A DNA stretch of 64,000 nucleotides from Tepidisphaera sp. (GCA_050916045.1 CP051526.1:608001-672000); one strand, 5' to 3'. Positions 40,352-49,869 are shown, counted from the first letter of the stretch. Notes: a model not told the origin generated them from the letters alone. Program-made: numbers and translations.

Positions 40352-41335
40352 GTGATGGCCGATACGACCACCATCCCGGGCATTCCCGACCTCCCCGAGG
40401 TTTCGATGCACCTGCACACGCCCGCCGCACCCGCGGTGGGCGTCGTGGTCTCCAACGAACGATGTACCGCGTCCAAGAAAGCCGCGGGTTTCGTCCGGCA
40501 CGTCGTCATCGACGTTTCCTCCACGCAGATCGCGAGCCGGTTCGTCGCCGGACAATCCTTCGGCGTCATCCCCCCCGGGGTTGATGCCAAGGGCAAAGAG
40601 CACAAGGTCCGTCTCTACTCGATCGCTTCGCCCTCCTTCGGCGAGGACGGCAAGGGCTCGCACATCGCCACGACCGTCAAGCGGCTGATCGATGAGCACC
40701 ACGACACCGGCGGCCTCCACATCGGCGTCGCCAGCAACTACCTCTGCAGCCTCAAGCCGGGCGACACCGTCAAGGTCTCCGGCCCCAGCGGCAAAAGGTT
40801 CGTCCTCCCGACCAACCCCTCCGCCCACGACTACGTCTTCTTCGCGACCGGAACCGGGATCGCGCCCTTCCGCGGCATGCTCCTGGATCTCTTCCGCAAC
40901 CCCTCCCGCGCCCCAGCCCAAAGCCGCGTGACGCTTGTGATGGGCGTCCCCTACGCGACCGAACTCCTCTACGACGCCGAACTCCGCGAACTCGAAGCCA
41001 GCACGCAGGGCCGCTTCCGGTACCTCACCGCGCTCAGCCGCGAGTCGCAGGAAACCCCGCGCGGCCGCCGCACCATGTACGTGCAGGACCGCCTCACCGG
41101 GGATGAAGCCCTGCGGGCCAAGCTCGCCAGCGAGCGAACCCTCGTCTACATCTGCGGCATCGCCGGCATGGAGCTTGGGATCTTCCAGGCTCTCGCGAGC
41201 GAACTGAACGGTGATTCGAGAGAGCAGTACCTGTCGCTGGACGCGGATGCGGCGGCGAGCATCGGTTCATGGGATCGAAGGATGATCCACAAGCAGATCC
41301 GTCCGACGCGGCGGATCTTCATGGAGGTCTATTGA
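40352..41335 (+). CDS. Ferredoxin-NADP+ reductase, plant/plastidic type
   Basis: RLYSIAS, GVASNYLC, ATGTGIAPFR, SRE..YVQDR, ICG, C-terminal EVY. Confidence 0.88.
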   Translation: MMADTTTIPGIPDLPEVSMHLHTPAAPAVGVVVSNERCTASKKAAGFVRHVVIDVSSTQIASRFVAGQSFGVIPPGVDAKGKEHKVRLYSIASPSFGEDGKGSHIATTVKRLIDEHHDTGGLHIGVASNYLCSLKPGDTVKVSGPSGKRFVLPTNPSAHDYVFFATGTGIAPFRGMLLDLFRNPSRAPAQSRVTLVMGVPYATELLYDAELRELEASTQGRFRYLTALSRESQETPRGRRTMYVQDRLTGDEALRAKLASERTLVYICGIAGMELGIFQALASELNGDSREQYLSLDADAAASIGSWDRRMIHKQIRPTRRIFMEVY

Positions 41336-41355
41336 GGGTGCGGGGGCGGCGGGGG

Positions 41356-41384
41356 TTGACCGGGGGCGGGGGCGTTGTTAGGTT
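41356..41384 (+). promoter_or_regulatory. Putative sigma70-type promoter embedded in G5 tracts
   Basis: TTGACC (41356-41361), 17-nt spacer, TAGGTT (41379-41384) preceded by extended -10 TG. Confidence 0.5.
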
Positions 41385-41503
41385 TCACCCCGCGACGCAC
41401 ATTCGTGCGGAGCGGAACGGAATTTGTTCGGGTTCTCCATCGACGAAGGTTCGGGCTCGGGACATCGGTCCCCGGCTTTGCAAGAAGGGACACGGCTTTG
41501 AAT

Positions 41504-42652
41504 ATGCGAGTGCTCAGGTCCGGTGTTTTGGCCGTGGCGTTGATGGTGGCGGCGGGCGTGACGGTGCCGAGCGTGATGGCCCAGCCCCTCGCGGCGGGCG
41601 TGATCGGCGCTGCCAACATCGGCGAAACCGAGAAGAAGACGATCGAGGATTTCGTCGCTCTGCACATCAAGGATCTGGCCAGCGGCGAGGCTGAGAAGGT
41701 TCGCAAGGGCAAGAACGCCCTCGTCAACCCTCTTCTCGAGCGCGTCGTCTCCGTTCCTTTCCGGTTGGAGTACAGCCGCGTGCTCCTGGCCGCGGATCTC
41801 GCGAACCTCTGCAAGGACAAGAACGACACGGTCGCGATCAACGCGCTTCGCCTCGCGGGCGAGGTGGCCGAGAACGGCACCGTCGCGCTGGTCGAGGAAG
41901 GGTTCAAGGACACCCGTTCGGCGATCCGGTACGCGGCGGTCTTCGCGGCCGGGCGCTCGTTCGAACAGGTCATGCCCGCCGGCCGCGCGGTCGCGGTGAC
42001 CTCGGGCAGGCTTGAGCAGCTCGTCCGGAGCACGGCCGCGGTGATGAACAAGGACAAGGAAGAGGCGCTCGTGGTGGATGGGGCTTCCCGCGCTCTGCTC
42101 GCCGCCGCCCGCGTCGATTTCGCCAAGTACGAAGGCGTCGGCAAGTCCGCGATGGTCGAGGTCGCCAAGGGGCTCAGCACCCGCCTGGCCAAAGCCGGCC
42201 CGGACGACACAACCATCGTCGAAGCCGGTCAGCGAGCGGCGACCCAGTTCACCGAGACGCTCGGCGGCGCCAAAGGCGCCCAGATCGACAAGGACGCCCG
42301 CAAGGAAGCCGCGACGCTCGGCGGCGAGCTCGCCGCCTGGGTCGTTCGCCAGCTCAACACCGCCAAGATCCCGCAGATCGCCAAGGGCGATGAAGCCGAG
42401 GAAGCGACCAAGAAGCGCAAGGAGCGCGAGCCCTTCAAGACCACGCTCGCCGCAGCCGAGAACGTTGTGCTCTCCGCTCTCAAGGCTTCGGGCGCCAACC
42501 CGCCGATGGCCCGCCTCGTGCCCGCTTTCGATCAGGGTGACCGCGGCGGCGATGCCAACGTCGTCGTGCAGACCAAGGACTGGCTGATCCGCGACGTCCT
42601 GGCCAAGGCGCCTTTCGAAGTCTCGGCCGACCGGTTCAAGCTCACCAACTAA
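41504..42652 (+). CDS. Secreted helical (HEAT-like) hypothetical protein
   Basis: Signal peptide ending VMA; HEAT-like segments (VAINALRLAG, IRYAAVFAAG). Confidence 0.7.
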   Translation: MRVLRSGVLAVALMVAAGVTVPSVMAQPLAAGVIGAANIGETEKKTIEDFVALHIKDLASGEAEKVRKGKNALVNPLLERVVSVPFRLEYSRVLLAADLANLCKDKNDTVAINALRLAGEVAENGTVALVEEGFKDTRSAIRYAAVFAAGRSFEQVMPAGRAVAVTSGRLEQLVRSTAAVMNKDKEEALVVDGASRALLAAARVDFAKYEGVGKSAMVEVAKGLSTRLAKAGPDDTTIVEAGQRAATQFTETLGGAKGAQIDKDARKEAATLGGELAAWVVRQLNTAKIPQIAKGDEAEEATKKRKEREPFKTTLAAAENVVLSALKASGANPPMARLVPAFDQGDRGGDANVVVQTKDWLIRDVLAKAPFEVSADRFKLTN

Positions 42653-42720
42653 GCCGCCGACGATCGTGAGATCGACCTCCGGAACGGCCGAGCGGGCTCG
42701 TGTCTGCTACGCTGCGCGTG

Positions 42721-44568
42721 ATGGCCCGATTTCTCGTTCCGCTCGCCATCCTGCTTGCGCTCATCACCCTCTCGGTATGGTCGGATCGGCCGCTTCCCAA
42801 AGCCGACCTGACCATCGTGGAGCGCGATCCCGTGCACACGCTCGATCCGGCCCAGATCAGCTTCACTCAGGACATCCGCGTCGCACGAGCGGTGTACGAA
42901 GGGCTTCTCCGCGCGGATGTGCTCTCGCCGGACCAGAAGCTCGAGCCCGCCGCGGCCGAATCCCTCCCGGCCGTGTCCGAGGACGGCTTGGTCTACACCT
43001 TCCGCATCCGGGCGGACGCGCTCTGGTCGACGGGCGACCCCGTGCTCGCGTCGGACTTCGTCTACGCCTGGCGCCGCGTGATCCTTCCGGACACGGCGGC
43101 GGACTACTCGGACATGTTCAACATCGTGCGGGGCGCGAAAGCGTGGGCCGAGCGTCGGCGCGACGATCTCGCGAAATTCGAGAAGAACCGCGACTTCGCG
43201 GACCGCGCGGGCGAAGCCAAGCGGCTCCTCGACGACGCCTACGCGCGCTTCGCTTCGGACGTTGGAATCCGTGCGACGGACGCCCGCACCATCCGGATCG
43301 AGCTCACCGCGCCGCTGCCGTACTTTCTGGACCTCGTCGCGTTCGTTCCGTTCTTCCCGCTTCACGAGAAGTCGGTGAGTGCGTACGAATCGCTGGACGC
43401 GGCGACAGGCCGGCTTTCGTGGACGCCGGGATGGACCAAGCCGCCCGCGCTGGTCGGGAACGGCCCTTACTCGCTGACGTTGTGGCGGTTCCAGCGCGAC
43501 ATGCGTCTTGAGCGGAACCCGAAGTACCACGACTCCTCGCTTCCGAAGCTGCCGACGCTCTCGATCGTGAACATCGCGGACCCCAACGCGATGGTGACGG
43601 CTTTCCGCACCGGAGCGGTGGACTGGACGACCGACGTTCTGGTGCCCTATCGGCCGGAGATGATCGCGGAGAAAGCCGCGTTCGACCGCGAGCACGCGGA
43701 AGAGCGTGCGGCGCTCGCCGCCCGCGGCGTCTCGCGGCTTGAGGTCGAGCGTGCGATGCCGCCCGATCCGCGCAACCGGATCCAGGGCATGCCGAGCTTC
43801 GGGACGTACTTCCTGAGCTTCAACTGCACGCCGACGCTCCCCAACGGGCGTCCGAACCCGCTTGCGGATGCACGCGTGCGGCGGGCGCTGGCGATGTCGG
43901 CGGAGAAGCGTGAGGTCGTGGAGAATCTGCGGCGTTCGGGCGAGCCGATCGCGGGCTCGCTGACCCCGCCGGGCTCGCTCGCGGGGTACACGCCCCCGGC
44001 GGGTCTGCCGTTTGACCCCGCCGCGGCGAGGCAGGAACTCGCCGACGCCGGCTACCCGGGGGGAAGCTCGCTGCCGCCGCTTGAGTTCATGTTTTCCCGC
44101 GACGGCGGGCACGACCTGATCGCGGCGACGCTCAAACGCGGCTGGGAGAAGCACCTTGGCATCACCGTGGAGCTCGTGCAGCTTGAAAGCCGCGTGGCGA
44201 GCTCAAGGCTCAAGGGCCGGCAGTACATGATCGGACGGTCGAGTTGGTTCGGCGACTACGCGGATCCGACGACGTTCCTCGACATCCACCTTTCGGGGAA
44301 CAACAACAACGACCGTGGGTACTCGAGCGTGCGGTTCGACGGGGTGATGATGCGGGCCGGTGAGGAACGAGACCCCGCGGCACGCTTCGCGGCGCTTGCC
44401 GAAGCGGAGAAGCTCGTGGTCGAGACGGACGCTGCCGTATTGCCGCTTTTCCACTACACGCAGTTCTATCTGTTTGATCCGAAGGTGCTGACGGGGCTTT
44501 CGACCCATCCTCGGCAGGCGCAGCATTTGTTCCTGCTCGATCGTCTGGATCGGGAGGGGGCGCGATGA
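42721..44568 (+). CDS. oppA: Peptide ABC transporter substrate-binding protein
   Basis: TLDPA, VYEGL, SEDGLVYTF, WSTGDPVLASDFVYAW, GNGPY, WFGDYADP. Confidence 0.9.
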   Translation: MARFLVPLAILLALITLSVWSDRPLPKADLTIVERDPVHTLDPAQISFTQDIRVARAVYEGLLRADVLSPDQKLEPAAAESLPAVSEDGLVYTFRIRADALWSTGDPVLASDFVYAWRRVILPDTAADYSDMFNIVRGAKAWAERRRDDLAKFEKNRDFADRAGEAKRLLDDAYARFASDVGIRATDARTIRIELTAPLPYFLDLVAFVPFFPLHEKSVSAYESLDAATGRLSWTPGWTKPPALVGNGPYSLTLWRFQRDMRLERNPKYHDSSLPKLPTLSIVNIADPNAMVTAFRTGAVDWTTDVLVPYRPEMIAEKAAFDREHAEERAALAARGVSRLEVERAMPPDPRNRIQGMPSFGTYFLSFNCTPTLPNGRPNPLADARVRRALAMSAEKREVVENLRRSGEPIAGSLTPPGSLAGYTPPAGLPFDPAAARQELADAGYPGGSSLPPLEFMFSRDGGHDLIAATLKRGWEKHLGITVELVQLESRVASSRLKGRQYMIGRSSWFGDYADPTTFLDIHLSGNNNNDRGYSSVRFDGVMMRAGEERDPAARFAALAEAEKLVVETDAAVLPLFHYTQFYLFDPKVLTGLSTHPRQAQHLFLLDRLDREGAR

Positions 44569-45554
44569 TCGGGCTGATTGTTCGTCGGCTGGCCACGCTT
44601 CCGCTGGTGCTTCTGGCGGTTTACTCGCTCACGCTCGCGCTGGCTTGGGCGGTGCCCGGGGATCCGCTGGAGCGTCCGGAGGGGCGGCGGCCCTCGGCGG
44701 CGGTTCAGGAAGCGATGCGCAAGCAGTACAACCTGGACAGCGGGTGGACCTTCTACTGGTCGTACCTCGACAGCGCCAGCGGGTTCAAGTGGGCCCGCGA
44801 GGGGCTGACGGGCGGGGCTTCCGAGTCCGCCCTTGGGCCCAAGCAAGCGGCTCCGATCTTTGACCTTGGGCCTTCGCTTCAGTACGAGGACCGTCGTGTG
44901 AGCGAGATCATCGCGGATTCGCTGCCGGTGTCGATGACGCTTGGCGCGTCGGCGATTCTGATCGCCCTGGTGGTAGGCGTCGGTGCGGGCGTGGTGGGCG
45001 CGGTGAAGCCGGGCTCCTGGGCGGACACGCTGACGCTCGGTCTCGCGCTGGTAGGGGTCAGCCTGCCAAGCTTCATCACCGGGACGGTGCTCCTGACGGT
45101 GTTCGGCGTGTGGCTTGCGTGGCTGCCTGTCGGCGGCTGGGGGACGCTGGGGCAGTTGGTTCTTCCGGCGGTGACGTTGAGCTTGCCCTTCGCGGCGTAC
45201 ATCGCGCGACTCACGCGGCTTGAACTGATCGAGCAGCTCCGGTCGGATTATGTGCGCACGGCCAGGGCGAAGGGCGTGCGGGAGTCGGCCGTCGTGATAA
45301 AGCACGCGCTGCGGAACGCGCTGCTTCCCGTGGTGAGCTATCTCGGGCCGGCGACGGCGTACGCGATGACGGGTTCGTTCGTGGTGGAGCGGGTTTTCCG
45401 GATCCCCGGCCTCGGCGAGCACTTCGTCAACAGCGTGCTCAACAAGGACCTGTTCCTGATCATCGGAACCGTGCTCGTCTTTTCGACGATGCTGGTCGTG
45501 TTCAATCTCGCGGTGGATGTCGCGTATCGGTGGATCGATCCGCGGATGCGTTAG
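44565..45554 (+). CDS. oppB: Peptide ABC transporter permease
   Basis: PGDP, DLGPS, DYVRTARAKG, HALRNA, IDPRMR. Confidence 0.92.
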   Translation: MIGLIVRRLATLPLVLLAVYSLTLALAWAVPGDPLERPEGRRPSAAVQEAMRKQYNLDSGWTFYWSYLDSASGFKWAREGLTGGASESALGPKQAAPIFDLGPSLQYEDRRVSEIIADSLPVSMTLGASAILIALVVGVGAGVVGAVKPGSWADTLTLGLALVGVSLPSFITGTVLLTVFGVWLAWLPVGGWGTLGQLVLPAVTLSLPFAAYIARLTRLELIEQLRSDYVRTARAKGVRESAVVIKHALRNALLPVVSYLGPATAYAMTGSFVVERVFRIPGLGEHFVNSVLNKDLFLIIGTVLVFSTMLVVFNLAVDVAYRWIDPRMR

Positions 45555-46123
45555 CCCGAGCTTGTGAGCATGTCGATCAGCCGCCGTTGCAGGCGGCTCC
45601 AGCGCTGCCGCAGCACGGCTTCGGAGACGCCGAGCGTCTGCGCGATGGCGGACCATTCCAAGCCGCGACGCCGGAGCATCACCAGCTCGGCTTCCTCCGG
45701 AGCCAGCCCCGCCCGGATCCGGTCGAAAGCTTCCTCGGTCAGGGTCTGCACGCTCGCGGTTGGGTCCGAAGAGGGGGCGTACTCCGCGTCCTCCGGCGAA
45801 GCCAGATCCGGACCGCCGCGCTTGCCGGCGGTGTCGTGGCGGTGAAGCTCGGCAAGCTTGGACCGCACCACCTGCTGGAGGTACGCGTTCAGAGCCGCCG
45901 GAGAGTCGAATTTGAGGAGGCCCCGGGCCGCATCGTCGACGAAGCTCTTGGCGATGGACTGGCAGACATCGGCGGATTCGCGCTGGTCGCGAAGGCGGTT
46001 TCCCATGCGCACGCGGACGAAGATACTGATGAGGCGCAGAAACTCGGCGAAAGCCCGCTCACGGGCGACCGGATCGGCGGCCGCAGCATCGGCGACCAAA
46101 GCTTGAAGGTCCGGACCGGGCAT
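45551..46123 (-). CDS. ECF sigma factor (kinase-associated type)
   Basis: Region 2 with ESADVCQS; region 4 HTH GLEWSAIAQTLGVSEAVLRQRW; no anti-sigma gene adjacent. Confidence 0.8.
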   Translation of the reverse strand: MPGPDLQALVADAAAADPVARERAFAEFLRLISIFVRVRMGNRLRDQRESADVCQSIAKSFVDDAARGLLKFDSPAALNAYLQQVVRSKLAELHRHDTAGKRGGPDLASPEDAEYAPSSDPTASVQTLTEEAFDRIRAGLAPEEAELVMLRRRGLEWSAIAQTLGVSEAVLRQRWSRLQRRLIDMLTSSG

Positions 46124-46191
46124 GCTCGCAGTATAACGGATTCGGTCACAAATTCGGTCCGGTGTCACTTAGACTGAGCACGGAGCCCGCC

Positions 46192-49125
46192 ATGAACACG
46201 CGTCCGCCCGAGAACTCCGACCGATCCGCGACGATGGACGCCCAAGCGGCGACCCCCGGCGCAAACCCGAACCGGAGGATTTCCGGGGTCTTCGGGGTGG
46301 ATTCGGGGATCGAAGCGATCGACTTCGTTCGCCGGCTTTGGCAGCGGGAGACGCCGACCGCCGACCGCCTCATCGCGGTCTGGCGCGAGGGGAAAGGGCC
46401 GGAAGCGGCGGTGGGCGAAGCGGACGTGATCGCGGCGGATGCGGAGATGAGGGCGTCGCGCGGCGTGAGCGCACGGATCGAGACGTACGCGGCGGAGTGG
46501 CCGGCGATTCTCGAAAGCCCCGAAGCCTGCCGGGCGGTGCTGATGCAAGAGTTCGCGCGGCTGGACAAAGCCGGCCTTCGGGCCGCTTGCGAGCGGGTGG
46601 CTGGGGCGCTGCCCAAGGTGTCGGGAGAAGCCCGGGGAGTGGCCGAACTCTGCGAACTGATGGCATCGGACGAAGAAACCGAGGATGGTCCCAGGCAGGG
46701 TGAGATGCTCGGGAAGTACCGGCTGGTCGAGCGGCTGGGGTCGGGTGCTTTCGGCGCGGTGTGGCGGGCTTGGGACACCGAGCTTGGCCGGTATGTCGCG
46801 CTCAAGGTGCTTCACCAGGCGGGTGTGCTTGGCGGCGGGATCCTCGGGTCGGTGGGCGTGAGCGCGGCGGCGGGGTTGCGGCGGATCATGACCGAAGCCC
46901 AGGCCGCGGCGAGCCTGGACCATCCGAACGTGGTCAAGATCCACGCGGCGGGCAAGCTTCCGGACGGGCGGGCCTTCATCGATGCGCAGCTTGTCGGCGA
47001 TGCGGCGCCGACGCGGGAGGATGCCCACTCGGTGGCGGTGGGGGTGTCGCTTGAGCAGATGTCCGCATCCGGCGCGGCGAGCGGTCAGGCGCGATCCCCG
47101 AAGTGGGCCGCGGGGATCATCGAGCAGGTCGCGCGGGGCGTGGCTTCGGCGCACGCGAGGGGCGTGGTGCACCGCGACATCAAGCCGGCGAACATCATCG
47201 TGACGCCAAGCGGTAAGCCGATGCTCGCGGACTTTGGCTTGTCGGCTTTGACGGCTCTTCCGACCGGCGCGCCGGTCGGCGCGGCGGCGGCGGGGAACCC
47301 GGGCGCGGCCGCGTCGATGCACACGGGGCGGATCACCGGGACGCCGGCGTTCATGGCGCCCGAGCAGGCGCGGGGCGAGCGGGCGACGCCGGCTTCGGAC
47401 ATCTACTCGCTGGGCGCGACGCTTCGGTACCTGCTGACGGGCGAGCTTCCGGTCAAGCCAACGGGCCGTCACAGCACCGAAGCAAGGGCGGATGTGCTCG
47501 AGCAGCTGCGGCGCGGGGAACTGGGCGGACTCGAGTTGCTTCGGCTGAAGGGTCAGCACGCGAGGCTCCCGCTGACGCTGGTGCGGATCTGCGACCGGGC
47601 GACTGCGGCGAAGGTGGAGGATCGGTACCCGTCGGCGTTCGCCATGGCGGAGGATCTGGCGGCGTGGCTTGACAAAAAGCCGACGAAAGCCGGGCGCGAA
47701 GCGGTGAGTCTGCGTGCTTTGCTTTGGGCGCGTCGGAACGCGGCGGTGGTGCTGATCGCGGCGGGCGCGATGCTCGTCTTCGGCGTGATGATTCAGCAGC
47801 ACGTTGTGCGCCTGGGCCAGGAGCGGGACCGCGCCGTGCGAGCGGAGGGCGAAGCGCGGATGCGTCAGGGGCAGGCGGAGGACGCCGCGCGGGTGATGAA
47901 GCTCGCTGAGAAGGAAGCGCTGGCCAAGAAGAATGAAGCGGAGCGATCAGCGCGGATCGCCCTGGGGATCAGCTCGTTCATGTCCGGCACGCTGATGGCC
48001 GCGCAAGCGGACGAGGGGCGGCGGACGGTCACGATGTACGACGCGGTGACCCGCGCGGCCGACCGAGTCTCGACCACACCGGAGATTCTCGGCGGGGATC
48101 CGCTTGTGGAAGCGGGCGTGCGATACTCCATCGGGCGGGTGCTTGGCACGATGGGCGATTTCAAGAAAGCCGAGTCGCACTTCCGAAGCGCCGTCGAGAT
48201 CCGGGCGAAGGAGCTCGGCCCCGACCACCCCGACACGCTCGAAGCCGAGTTCGGCCTCAGCGAGATGCTGAGCTTCGCCGAGCGGAACCCGGAAGCCTCG
48301 GTGGTCGCCGAGCCGCTGCTGGTGCGCGTCAAACGTGTGCTGGGGGATGAAGCGATTCTGACGCTTTCCGTGAAAGACGTCCTGAGTCAGACGCGGCTTT
48401 CGCTCGGGGACGCGGCGGGCGCGGAGACGATGATGCGCGAGGCTCTGGAAACGAGGCTTCGCCAGACGCCCGTCGATGAGTCGCGGGTGGCGATGGGCTA
48501 CTCGATGCTCGGGACCCTGGCGAAAGCCCTGAGCAAGCGTGAGGAAGCCATCTCGCACATGAAGAAGTGCCTTGAGATCCGCGAACGCATCCTGGGCCGC
48601 GACGCTCTGGACACGATGGGCACGGTCAACGATCTGGGGTCGGTGTACGCGGAGCTTGGCGATGTCGCGCAAGCCGAACCGCTCCAGCGCGAGGCGTACG
48701 CGTGGATGCGCGAGCATCTGGGTCCGAAGCATGTGAACACCATCAACTCCGGGTACAACGTGGCGTGGATGCTGCTGACCAAGAAGAAGAACGCCGCGGA
48801 ATCACTCGCCATCGCCGCGCCGATCGCGAAAGCGGCCGAAGAAGCTCTCGGAAAGGACAACGTGGTCACGCTGCGGACCCGGCTTCTGGTCGCTCGCGGG
48901 TACGCGGGGACGGGCGCGTGCGACCAGGCCGAGCCGCTGGTGACCGAGCTGATGACGCAGGCCGAGCGGGCGGGCCGCGAGGGTCTGTCGTTTCGGATCC
49001 TCGGGAGCAGGGTGATGGCCGACTGCTGCAAAGCCCGGGGCGACACGAAGGGTGAGGCCGAATGGCGTGCCCGTGCGGCGGCGCTGCTCGAAGAGTCGAA
49101 AGCGGATCCGGTGCGGGGCCGCTAA
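46192..49125 (+). CDS. Hanks-type Ser/Thr kinase with TM helix and C-terminal TPR repeats
   Basis: GSGAFG, VALK, HRDIKPAN, DFG, GTPAFMAPE; TM helix; LGPDHPDT-type TPR repeats. Confidence 0.93.
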   Translation: MNTRPPENSDRSATMDAQAATPGANPNRRISGVFGVDSGIEAIDFVRRLWQRETPTADRLIAVWREGKGPEAAVGEADVIAADAEMRASRGVSARIETYAAEWPAILESPEACRAVLMQEFARLDKAGLRAACERVAGALPKVSGEARGVAELCELMASDEETEDGPRQGEMLGKYRLVERLGSGAFGAVWRAWDTELGRYVALKVLHQAGVLGGGILGSVGVSAAAGLRRIMTEAQAAASLDHPNVVKIHAAGKLPDGRAFIDAQLVGDAAPTREDAHSVAVGVSLEQMSASGAASGQARSPKWAAGIIEQVARGVASAHARGVVHRDIKPANIIVTPSGKPMLADFGLSALTALPTGAPVGAAAAGNPGAAASMHTGRITGTPAFMAPEQARGERATPASDIYSLGATLRYLLTGELPVKPTGRHSTEARADVLEQLRRGELGGLELLRLKGQHARLPLTLVRICDRATAAKVEDRYPSAFAMAEDLAAWLDKKPTKAGREAVSLRALLWARRNAAVVLIAAGAMLVFGVMIQQHVVRLGQERDRAVRAEGEARMRQGQAEDAARVMKLAEKEALAKKNEAERSARIALGISSFMSGTLMAAQADEGRRTVTMYDAVTRAADRVSTTPEILGGDPLVEAGVRYSIGRVLGTMGDFKKAESHFRSAVEIRAKELGPDHPDTLEAEFGLSEMLSFAERNPEASVVAEPLLVRVKRVLGDEAILTLSVKDVLSQTRLSLGDAAGAETMMREALETRLRQTPVDESRVAMGYSMLGTLAKALSKREEAISHMKKCLEIRERILGRDALDTMGTVNDLGSVYAELGDVAQAEPLQREAYAWMREHLGPKHVNTINSGYNVAWMLLTKKKNAAESLAIAAPIAKAAEEALGKDNVVTLRTRLLVARGYAGTGACDQAEPLVTELMTQAERAGREGLSFRILGSRVMADCCKARGDTKGEAEWRARAAALLEESKADPVRGR

Positions 49126-49149
49126 GGTTCACCGGTTTGGCGGTGAGGC

Positions 49150-49222
49150 GGCCCCGTAGCTCAACGGTCAGAGCAGGCGACTCATAATTGCTTGGTTCCC
49201 GGTTCGAATCCGGGCGGGGCTA
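49150..49222 (+). tRNA. tRNA with CAT anticodon, most likely tRNA-Ile2 (lysidine type)
   Basis: Cloverleaf: GGCCCCG/CGGGGCT acceptor, GCTC/GAGC D-arm, GGCGA-CTCATAA-TTGCT anticodon arm, TTCGAAT T-loop; closely resembles enterobacterial ileX as recalled; CCA not encoded. Confidence 0.9.
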
Positions 49223-49541
49223 TTCCATCACGCGTGCGTCCGAGGTGCGGGTGCGGTGGCACGGGTCACGGAATGGAGTGAACCGCGCTACCGATCGCCG
49301 ATTCCCGGGTACGGGTACCGCCGCGATCCGCGAGCGGCTGATGGGTTCCGCGCGGGAGGACTGAGAGCGTGTCGGCCGATGGTCGCAGGCTCGGTATACT
49401 GCCGACGACGCTTGCACGATGCTGATGCGCCGCCGGGGAGTGGATGGGAAGCTTGGAAGGGACGTCGATGACGCTCGCGACCATGAGGGCACTGGGATCA
49501 TCGGCACCGATCGTCGGAGGAACCGGCGATCGGTGGACGCC

Positions 49542-49840
49542 TCGGATTCATCAGGAGATCGGTGCCACCCGCCAACGTACGCCAGAGGATGCTCGTCAAT
49601 GACTAAGAAGCTTGAGATCGTGTTTTGCTTGCTCTTTGCGTGTGCCGGTGGTGCGATGGGGTGGTACGGGGCGGGTCTGTTCGGCTCGCTGATGGGGGTA
49701 GGCGCCGGCTTTTTGGCGGCTTTCTTTGTGCAACGCGTCTTCGCTCGGAGCCAGAAATGAGTCTGAACGAGGGGGTGAGAAGATCGCACGTTCAAGCGGA
49801 TGGCACGTTCGGATTCATCAAGAGATCGGTGCCATCCGCC
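49542..49840 (+). repeat. Two copies of a 32-bp direct repeat (49542-49573 and 49809-49840)
   Basis: TCGGATTCATCA[G/A]GAGATCGGTGCCA[C/T]CCGCC, 30/32 identical. Confidence 0.9.
49599..49760 (+). CDS. Small two-TM membrane protein (53 aa)
   Basis: GAGGA upstream; MTKKLEIVFCLLFACAGG...FLAAFFVQRVFARSQK; lies between the two repeats. Confidence 0.55.
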   Translation: MTKKLEIVFCLLFACAGGAMGWYGAGLFGSLMGVGAGFLAAFFVQRVFARSQK

Positions 49841-49869
49841 GCCGCGTGAATCATAGGAGTTGCGCCGAC

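Noticed and set aside
49542..49840. CRISPR mini-array from the 32-bp repeat
   Set aside because: Only two copies, the 235-bp spacer contains an ORF, and there are no cas genes.
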